From Setoptus koraiensis (taxonomy: Eukaryota > Animalia > Arthropoda): 64,000 bases of DNA. The position numbers and the translations under genes are program-made. The notes under the pieces were generated by a model. That model saw only the letters and a program-made list of their open reading frames with translations, did not search any database and was not told the origin of the DNA. This document shows, in pieces, positions 51,966 through 61,902 of this stretch. How positions within the stretch are numbered: the first letter of the stretch is position 1; each line of letters begins with the position of its first letter. The stretch spans positions 21,886,001-21,950,000 of the forward strand of contig CM106586.1 in NCBI GenBank assembly GCA_048013815.1, written 5' to 3'.

Positions 51966-53268
51966 CGCTGGAGGATTGGGCCAATTGGCAAGCAGCAAAT
52001 AGCGATATAGCCATGCAAGCGGCCGCAGACTGTGCTAGAGTGTCCACGGCGAAGTGCACTTGTTGTTGATTAAATTTGATTCATGACTCATGGCTCAAAT
52101 GGACGCTATCTGTTGTTGCTGTCGTTGTTGCTGTTGCTGTCGTTGTTGCTGTTGCTGTCGTTGTTGGCGTTGTTGTTGGCGTCGCCAGCGCAGTTGTGGC
52201 CGATCGCAGCAACAACAGGCAGCAACAACAGGCAGCAACAACAGGCAACAACAACTGGCAGCAACAACTGGCGGCGAATAGGTAGCGCCGCGATAAACAA
52301 CAGGATCCATATCCGCATTCATTAGCGGCCGGTTGCAGTTTTTAGCAAATTGCAAGCGCCGGCCAGCGCTGCCAATGGCCCAATGGCCCAATGGCTCAAT
52401 GGCTCAATGGCTCAATGGCGCATCCAATGATGCATCCAACGATGCGTCCAATGATGCATTCGCTGGTGCCATTGAGTGACTTTGCAGCACAACGGCAACA
52501 ACAACAACAACGGCAACAACAACACGCCAAAACAAGGACACAGCTCAGGTGGGTTTGGTCGTGCTTTGTTTCTGGCCGGAGTTGAATGGACAAATATGGC
52601 CAGTCTACCTGAGCGACGCTATGAGTCGCCGTCGTTATGAGTCGCATGGGTCGCATGAGCGTGAACGTGAACGCTTAAAACAAGAGCAACAACATCATCA
52701 ACGTCATGCCAGTGCGTCCATTAAAATTAATAGTCATTTATAGCAAAATGGTCGCCTTTGTTATCTAGTTATTTGTTGTTGTGCTCTCGTTGTTTGCTCG
52801 CTGTTATTTATTTGTTGTTGCTCTCTTTTCGCAGCAAATGCAAATCGCTGCTCGCTCGCTGTCTCGTCGCAACACTGCCGCTGTCCAGCGCCACCATCTG
52901 GACGTTGGCTGGACGTCGGCTGGACGTTGGCTGGACGTCGGCTGGACGTCGGCTGGACGTTGGCTGGCCACTGGCTGGCCACTGGCCGGACACTTGCGGC
53001 ATCAGCAACGTTCAGCCAGTATTGGCCGGTGAGCCAGTTGGCGCCCGGTGGCGCCATCTCGCAGCCGAAACTTGTCGACGGGTGGTGGTCAAGTGTAGCC
53101 CGGAGATGGCCCGATGTGTCCGGACGGCCGGCCGGCCGGCACCACAAATAACCGCCCACACACGCGCGCGGGCCTGACAGACGGCGACGGTCGGACGGTC
53201 GGCGGCGCAGTTTGTCGGTCTTGTGAGCCTCGTAACAGTCGGGCGAACGCGCTCGATTCGAGCCACTC

Positions 53269-53361
53269 GAACAGACGCAAAACGGACGCAAACGGACGCA
53301 AACGGACGCAAACGGACGCAAACGGACGCAAACGGACGCAAACAGACGCAAACAGACGCAA
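53269..53361 (+). repeat. 10-bp tandem array (AAACGGACGC), about 9 copies, 6 perfect
   Basis: Read directly. Confidence 0.95.
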
Positions 53362-56300
53362 AATAGACGAATGGACACGGGATAAGGGCATAACGGCACA
53401 GATGAGGCGAGGGATAAAGCCGCCATCGCAAAGGGTACGGCGAGCCGGAGATTTGATTCGAGTTGTCATGGCGATGACGGCGCCGAGACGCCGCGCCACG
53501 GTCGCCGGCAACAGGCGGCTGCAATCTGCGCGCAAATCTATACATTTATTTATCTAATCATCCGTTCATCTGTTTGCCGTTCACCTGTCGCTGTTGTTGC
53601 CGCTGTCGCTGTTGTTGCCGCTGTCGTTGTTGTTGCCGCTGTCGTTGTTGTTGTTGCTGTTGTTGCGTCAGAAATAGGATTTCTTTGTGTCTGCGTATGC
53701 GCGATCAGATTATTGCCGTCATTAGATGGCCCTTTGCCCTATGACACACACACACACTTCGAAGTTGGAAGTTGCAACAGACACACTTGTAACGCAAACG
53801 GCGTATCAATGGCCATTGGCTTGGGGACGATGTCCAAATGGCGAGACATCTCTGCGTCCATTCATCTATGCAAACATCATCGGGCATCTGTTGCCGTTGT
53901 TGCTGTTGCCGTTGTTGCTGTTGTTGCTGTCGTTGCCGCTGTTGTTGGTGGCATGCGATAAGCTCGACGCGATGATAGTTGCTGTTGTTGTTGTGTGACC
54001 TGCAACAACGGCACTGTCTGCGCAAAGAATGATCGATGATGATGACGGCAACAAATCGATTCTTCTTTTCTTTTCAATCGAGCCGTCCAACCAGAAGCCT
54101 GCTCACACACACACACTCGCTCGCCAGCCAGCCAATTCGCAAGCTTGCCGACCGAATGGCCCACTGGCATTGCGCAACAGATTTCGATCTATACTCACAA
54201 CTTGCCTAATTTTTGTGCACACAGCTCATGGTGTTTGCTGCATATAGACGCCACTATAATACGGCCACTATACGCCAACATGTGCTGCTGGTAATGGCAC
54301 ACAGCGGCGACACAAGCGCCAACCTGTTGCCGTCGCCGCTGTTGTTGTTGTTGCTGCTGTTGCCGTCGCCGCTGTTGTTGTTGTTGCTGCTGTTGCCGTC
54401 GCCGCTGTTGTTGTTGTTGCTGTTGCTACAATCGGCGGTTGTCGCTGTCGACGGCGACCATGATGACGCAACCGAGGCCGGCCAAGTGCAGCGAATGGCA
54501 CAACACAATTGAGACTGCGCAATCACAAGAGTGCATCGAGAGGCGTCATCATTAATTACGCCGAGATAATCAGCCGATGCCGCTCTTTTGTTGTTGATTG
54601 ATGCCCGCTGCCGCGGCTGTTGCTGTTGTTGTTGATGTTGCTGTTGCTGTTGTTGTTGCTGATGTTGTTGTTGTATTGTTGCCATTATTGTTGTTATCAT
54701 TATCATTATTAACAGACCGTATGTGCAGCAGCTGAGGCGCTCTCGGCACAACAAGAGCCAAAAAGAGAAAGGCACACCTCGCCGAGAGCGGCCGGCCGGC
54801 TTGTATCAAGTTTGCATTAAGTTTGCGTTAAGTTTGTATTAATAGTCATCGTTTTAATCAACTTTTGCCACTCATCTGCCGCTCATCATCACATGACGCA
54901 AGGATAATCGACAACACACAACATAACATGACATAACACAACATAATGCGGCTCAGGTGAGCCAATACAGCCACTGCAGACAGTACAGAGGATACAGAGA
55001 GTAAAGAGAGTGCAGACAGTGTAAACGTCATGCAAACATCAACTCCGATCGGTCTGGTCAGTCGGTGGCCATCAAAGACGACGCGATGATGCAAAGCGAT
55101 GGTGCAAGGCGATGGTGCAAAGCGATGACGCAATGCGACGATGCAAGGCGACGATGCGAGGCGATGATGCAAGCACCAACAATGGCCCTATTGACATCGT
55201 TGTGCGCCTGTCTCGCATACCTGGCCACATATAGATAAGTATCTCTCTCTCTCGCTGTCTGGTGTGATCGTTTCTTTATTTATAGTTTACATAGTTTGTA
55301 CCTGTTGTCGGCCGGCTCAGCTCACTCACCTTGTCTCACCTGATGCTGCGGCGTTTCAATGATGCAACGTCGCATGTTGCAACACTGCCCCAGTGAACTG
55401 GATGATTAATGCTCGCATTCCTCTTGCTCAGCGTCGCTGGTCAGCGTCGTTGGTCAGCGTCGTTGGTCAGCGTCGTTGGTCAACTTGCTCAACACCTCGC
55501 GCGGCCCGACGCTGGCTGCCGCTGTTGTCGGCGCTCGCAACTGTTGGCAATCATGACGCTGACCAGTTACAGTTATGATTGCGGCCGCAACTGTTGAGCG
55601 CCCGTTGTTATCGATACATGTCGTTGTCGCTTGTTGCGTCGTCGCCGTCGCCGCATGTAATAACGCATCCAATGATGCGTCCAATGATGCGTCCAATAAT
55701 GCGTCCGATAATGATGGAGCACGCGACCCGGCTACCGTGCCGCCGTCTGGCGTGATTGTGCACTTGCCGGCTCGAGCGCTTGCCCTTTGGCAGGTATTTC
55801 TGGCGGCCAAGCCGCCAGAAAAGCCCGCCGAGAGACGCACGTAATTTGCGGCGCGCAGTGGCGAGCAATTCGCGCCGGACTCAACGCAAGCGCAGCGGCC
55901 AGAGATTTGTTTTTATCGATGATCTCTGCTGGCTGTCAGCTCAACATGACACAACAACAACAACAACAACATCAGACCGATATCATCGCTGCAAATCGGT
56001 CAGAAATAGATTAATTATCCGTGTCCCTGTGCAGCGGACTCGACGAGCCGTTGTTGTTGTTGCTGCTGCGGTTGTTGTTGTTGTTGTTGCTGCTGTTGTA
56101 GCTGTTGTTGCTGTAGCTGTTGTAGCTGTTGTTGCTGCGGTTGTTGTTGTCGTTGCAGTTGGGCTGCCGGCGCGAAGGTGAGGTATCACTTACGCTGATC
56201 AGAGGGAGATCATCCATTGTCTGCAGCAGACCATGCCAGACTGGGCCGCACTGCGCCAGGTAGATGGACTCGTTTTGCATACAACGGCCCATATCATTAC

Positions 56301-58337
56301 TGCTGGTCACAACAACGGTCGTCATAATCGCAATCAGCACAATTGGCTGTCGCTGTTGGTGACTCGAGCGGCCATAACTTTGCCCACTTGCGATGCTGCT
56401 GATCTCGTTTAGAGCGCACTACATGAGCCTGCCACTTGATGATGATAATATTTCGCACTGGCCAACATGATATATATTACATATATTGGCTGCATGGCAA
56501 TATAAATCGGCAGCCATTTCGCGCTGCTGGGCTCAGCGCCGCCGCCGCCGCCGCCAGCAGCAACAACGACAGCAGCAACAACAACGACAGCAGCAACAAC
56601 AACGACAGCAGCAACAACAACAACAGCGACAGCAACAACAACAGCGACAGCAGCAACAACAGCAACAACAACAGCGACAGCAACAACAACAACAACGACG
56701 CCAACAACGGCTAACAGGCACAAGAATGTTGATTAACTCGACGCACTTGCACCGGTGTGTCATGATATGCACCACACGAGACCTGTTACTGTTGGCCGGC
56801 CTATCCAGAGATGCTAGTGATATGGACAAAAATGATCAATGATGATAAACTGCCGACCATTGTCTTGCGCTCGCAGTTATTCACCTGTCGTCGCCCTAAA
56901 TTAGTTGTGCGTTGTGCACAATCTGTTGTTTTTGCTTGTTGGCCGCTTGTTCGCTAATGCCATTGGCACTGTTATTGATGCTGTCGCTGTTGTTGTCTCG
57001 CCAGCAGCGGCCGTTGTCGCTGGCATTGGCGGTTGCAGCACGCGCACTGTTGTTGTTGTGTGTTGTTGTTGTTGTTGTGTGTTGTTGTTGTTGTTGTGTG
57101 TTGTTGTTGTTGTTGTTGTGTGTTGTTGTAGTTGTGTGCTGTTGTAGTTGTGTGCTGTTGTGCTGTTGGTGTCGGGTATTTGGAGCGACGCCGCCGCCGC
57201 CGCCGTTGTTGTTGTTGTCGTTGTCATAACTTGCCAGATGACTGATGGAGACCCGCAACGGCAACAGCACCGCCAACAACAGCGACACCGACAGCAACAA
57301 CAGCGACAGCAACAACGACAGCAGCAACATCAACAGAAGCAGCATGAACATGATGCAAATTAGTTTCGCATTTGCATCATGTCTCTGGTCGGCCGGCCGA
57401 CTGTTGCAAACTGTTGTTATTGGCCTGTCGCTAGTCGTTGGCCTCGCTCTCGTTGTCTCGTTGCTGTCGCTGCTCGCGCGCCCACAAACCTCCGCAACGG
57501 CCACAACAACAGCGACAACAACAACAACGACATGGACCCGCACATATTTCATGTTCATGTTGTTATTTAATAGATTTTATAGATAGCAGCAACACTTACC
57601 GCCACTCTTACGGCTTATAGGGCACAGCACATTTTACAACCTGTTTGATGGCGATGATGAAAATTGATCTCAGTTGGAGGTCGCGCACACACATTATATA
57701 TTACATGCTATGTACACGGCTCACCTGTGCCCTGGTTGCCTTACGACACTGCGTTACAGGTGAGACGGGCACCACTTGTGAGACTGCACCACTTGTGAGA
57801 CTGTATCCCTTATGAGACTGCATCACGGTGCGACTGCACCGTCATGGGCACGGTGCGCAGGTAGACGCAATGCCCGGCCGAATGATATAATTGATATAAT
57901 GGCGACCGCGATGACCAACATGCTAACCTAATGAACATAATAAACCTAATGAACGTAATGAATGCGGCCGGCCACCGGCTGCCAGTGTTGATTGGTTCCA
58001 TGTTGCATCAGCATTATTATTTATGTTGTTGTTGTTGCTCGCATGTTGCAATTGTGTCCGCTGTGATTTGACTTGATTTGATTTGTTGTTTTGTTCTGCT
58101 CTCCTCTACGTCTGCCGCTTTGTTTGCATATTTCAACGCCGTATCATATCTGCTGCACCGTTTATACGCCATCTCTGCACCGTTGGCCAGACGCATGCCG
58201 TGTCTCGCCGCCCGATTACACAAAACCAATTGGATCGCATCGCATGCATGCCTCCAGATCTAGATAACAATGGACCCACTCACAACACTGTCGCCATACC
58301 TGTCGGTGGCGCCGCCACACTTGCAACTCAACTATTT

Positions 58338-58369
<32 letters not shown>

Positions 58370-60841
58370 TACACACAATGCTAATGACCAGTATGGCGGC
58401 ATACTATCGTCATCAGTGCAATGTATGTACTCGGTGGATACAAATGGTGTAATTCAAACTCGATTCAATTGCGCCATCTAGTGTGCGGTGCCAGTTTCGC
58501 CAGGGTGACAGGTGGTGGTCTGGTTGTGCGATGAGATCAAGCGTCGGCCATTAGTGATCATTAGCGACTGCGAGCACCATCTATCTGTGACCGTCTGTTA
58601 CTGTTCGGATCAAAATCATTGCAACATGCTACTGGATAAATCTTACAACTTGCCACGCTCAATCAGAGCAAAACTGCAACCCAAAAACACGCTCACCCAC
58701 CAAAACTCAGCCTGAGTGTGTGTGTGTGTATCGAGCAAATGGCTAATTTAGTTAGTTGAGGGGCCCGGCGCGATCACGAGCAAACATCCGGCGCCAACTC
58801 GTAACCAGTTGGCCGGCACTGACAATCAAAACAATGAATCTGCAATGAGTTTCGTCGGCGACCATGAGTGCCGCCAGTCTCTCGTGATTGGCGACTCTTG
58901 GCGCTGGTCAACTGCAACGCGCCAACAAGGTTATAGGCCCACGAGTGGTCACTTCCTCTCCCTGTCTCTGTCTCTCGCCGCATATATATCCGCATGTATA
59001 TCCACATATATATCCACGGTATATATCTGGCGTCGGCCGGCGAACATGAGCTCAAAAACGCAAGTGTGCTGTCGGTTAAGTGATTGCCGGTCACTGGACA
59101 AATTAGATTGGTCGGTGCCGTCAACACATAGGCGTTGCGCACAGGAAGTGATCATCAGCGAATGAGTATCATCATCGTCGTCAATTTGTACACCACACAT
59201 TTGTATAATCACAGTACAGCGAAACACAATATAAATCATATCAACACGACCGTGATATCTCAGACATGGCCCAATACTGCCAATGTCCAAAATATACTGC
59301 TGTCGACACATAAACAACAACAACAGCAATTTGCCGGTATCAGGTAACCAATGGCACCAAGTGAGAGGCGGCCGACCAATTGAGGCTCGAGCGCTGTATC
59401 ATGACTCAGATCATCAATCATCACTTTGTGTTCATCATCAACTAATGAGTGCTGGTCACACAAACACAACGGTAGTAATAACAACAGCAACAGCAACAGT
59501 GACAACAACAATAGATAACCTAGACCACTAATCTTCTAATGTGATTATCATGGTCACTGCCACTATTTGAGCGTCGTCGCTTCCTTTGACCAAACGAGTT
59601 GCTGTAAAGCGCACAAAACCGAGAAAGAGGATCCCATACACTTGGACCAATCTGATGTGTCCAATTGTTCAATTTATTAGCTTCAACGGCAATAACACGC
59701 ACTGGAACATAGTGTCAAATAGTGGACACAAAGAGAGAATAGGCCCCATAAAACGTGTACCCTCAATGACCAACAACAACAATAACAACCACATGAAATT
59801 TGCCACCATATTATACACCATGATCGCCACCTGACACCACAGCCTAACACACAACATGACGAGCATGATGATGATGATGATGATGAAGCGAATCTGATGA
59901 CAAAGAGGTCGCCTTTGTCAATTAATAATAATAATGGTAATAGTAATAGTGATAATAGTGACGAACCAAAACGATAATATTCTGTGGTAAATAAATCATT
60001 TTTTCATCATACTTATATGTCCATTTATGTACTATATGTTTAGGTTCGCCACTCTATCACACTGTAACTCTTTGGGATAGATGGCATCATTACTCCATTG
60101 CTCCATTTATACATTTATCAAGTGTCTCTTGTGAGCGACACTCTTACTCTCTTGATTAATGGTTAACACACGAGTCTGTCAGTTATATTTCATTTCCTCT
60201 TGTCCGCATACATATCGACCCATAGCCAATGGTCAACCCCATGCACAAGCAATAGCCACGGTTGACCATTGCCCACTCATCATCACCACCATCGGACACC
60301 AAATCATCATTAGTGTTGATAATGATTCTCTTTTGCTCTGTGTGGAGATTTTAACAAGTTTAACAAGGTAACAAGCGGCAGCGTCAACAAACAACAAGCA
60401 TGAAGTAGCATCATTTTAATCCAATCAAGTAGCAATCATGACAAACGGTAGTAGCGATTTTGTATGTGCACCCATAATGATAACTGTTGGTTGTCTGATC
60501 GGTTTTTGATTATGGGATATCACCACTTCCACAACATTCATTGCTACTGGTGCTGCTGTAATCTATTGTCGATTATGTGACCAGGTTCAACTTGGTGAAG
60601 AAAATAAGAGGGTAGGGCGAACAAAGGCAGCGATGGAGTGTGGAGTGTTCTGATAATAATAATAATAATAGTAATAACAGTCTCCCTCTTTCCCTGCCTA
60701 TCCTCACTGGCAAGTTCGAGGTTGTGGGATGGGGCACAAAAGGGAGAGCTAACAGAGGCAGCGTTAGCTACAAAATGGCTTTGTGTGGACACACTGTCCG
60801 AAGGCTATAACCTCATTTAAGATAATGATGAGGCAATTTGT

Positions 60842-60847
60842 TTTATT
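60842..60847 (-). terminator. Polyadenylation signal AATAAA of eIF5A
   Basis: TTTATT on the + strand, about 20 nt past the eIF5A stop. Confidence 0.6.
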
Positions 60848-60866
60848 TATATATAGATTGATCTAT

Positions 60867-61340
60867 TTAGTTGGATGCTTTCTTGAAATCAATAATTGCT
60901 TCCTCACCAACGGCCGAAATAACGCTAACTACAACCGTGTTACTTTCTTTAGAAAATTCATCTTTGATTTTAGTGGCCAATTCTTGGTCATTGGGCAACT
61001 TCAAATCATCCCTAGTTTCGCCTTTCTCTGTCAACAATGTTACAAAACCATCATCACTTATGTCAATCAACTCGAGGTCGAAACGGGTTACTAGCGGCAC
61101 ATCAATGTTGTGTGTTGATGGACACAAATCTTCATACTTCTTACCATTAAATATGTCTATTCCTACTAAATGTACTTTAGCGTGACCGTGTTTACCTGTC
61201 TTAGAAGTGGACATTTCAACAATTTTGCATGGCTTCTGTTTGATCATGACGTAACCGTTTTTTCTCAAAGCCGAACATTGCATAGGATAGGTATGCGAAG
61301 CATTAGAGGCTGATCCTTGGAATTCAACTTCATCTTCCAT
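60867..61340 (-). CDS. eIF5A: Eukaryotic translation initiation factor 5A, intronless, 157 aa
   Basis: The ORF carries the invariant hypusination motif STSKTGKHGHAK, the N-terminal TYPMQCSALRKNGYV and the C-terminal DDLKLP...VGEEA. ATG start, TAA stop, AATAAA about 20 nt downstream. Confidence 0.98.
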   Translation of the reverse strand: MEDEVEFQGSASNASHTYPMQCSALRKNGYVMIKQKPCKIVEMSTSKTGKHGHAKVHLVGIDIFNGKKYEDLCPSTHNIDVPLVTRFDLELIDISDDGFVTLLTEKGETRDDLKLPNDQELATKIKDEFSKESNTVVVSVISAVGEEAIIDFKKASN

Positions 61341-61902
61341 TGTTTATTCTTTGTTTTTGTTGATTCGAGATTAAATATGATATATTGGTAAATAATGGGT
61401 CTAATGATGAAGGATTTTGATAATAATAGAATGTTGTCCGATGTCTAGCTAATAAATGGTCTTGGTCCTTAAGAGTATTTGTTTAGAAACGATACGAAGA
61501 TATTTATAATAATAATTTGCCGATTATCTAGAAAACTAAAGAAGCATTGGCAACTCATGACGGAAGTTTTTCACACCGACAAACAGTGCGCATGCTCTCT
61601 GACCTGGCTGGCGCCAAATTTGAAGCGATATTTTTTCTTTTTTTTTTATGAGAGATGCCTCTGTCATCGTTAGCTTTCACAAACAATGGAGAATTGTTTG
61701 CCGGGAATGCCCTCCAGTAAGAACCGCGACAACAACAACAACAACAAGTTACGACATGGGCACGCGTTCTCCAATCGCGCCCAAACACGAACGCGAAACA
61801 AAAAAATACTCATCCCATACATAGGACATCATCATTGCTCTCACCAAACAACATTTTCGATTAGAGAATTATTATATCGCTACTCCAAATATAAATTTTA
61901 AT
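61341..61902. promoter_or_regulatory. Divergent (bidirectional) promoter interval between eIF5A and MSH2
   Basis: Head-to-head ATGs separated by 562 bp of AT-rich sequence. No core motif assigned. Confidence 0.6.
61686..61901 (+). other. 71-aa ORF ending 1 nt before the MSH2 ATG; either a uORF or a frameshifted MSH2 N-terminal remnant
   Basis: ATG...AAA TTT TAA T ATG junction. Weak motif echoes of MSH2 domain I (GMP, HG...IxYxG, LLxR). Confidence 0.35.

Larger units (their letters stand above)
1..57800. promoter_or_regulatory. GC-rich gene desert / probable cis-regulatory landscape (or giant intron) of a developmental gene
   Basis: No recognisable domain among hundreds of low-complexity ORFs. 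Octamer, CAGGTGAG and PAR-bZIP motifs are enriched on both strands. Confidence 0.5.

Noticed and set aside
52756-52770. Partial miR-9-like match (also loose miR-184- and miR-34-like fragments elsewhere)
   Set aside because: The seed is disrupted, the matches are short, and there is no supporting precursor hairpin.
4486-57764. CAG|GTGAG copies as recursive-splicing ratchet points
   Set aside because: They occur intermixed on both strands and mostly lack upstream polypyrimidine tracts.
1-57800. Hundreds of 60-290 aa ORFs (poly-Q/L/C/T/N, Arg/Ala-rich)
   Set aside because: These are stop-poor GC-rich or triplet-repeat frames open on both strands, mostly with non-ATG starts and no recognisable domains.
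7492-57864. CAGGTAG as Zelda sites
   Set aside because: Modest count, overlaps the broader CAGGT motif family, and the host lineage is uncertain.
59987-60043. 57-nt GT...AG AT-rich intron candidate
   Set aside because: Flanking frames hit stops close to the junctions, so no coherent CDS can be built. It could still lie in a non-coding transcript.
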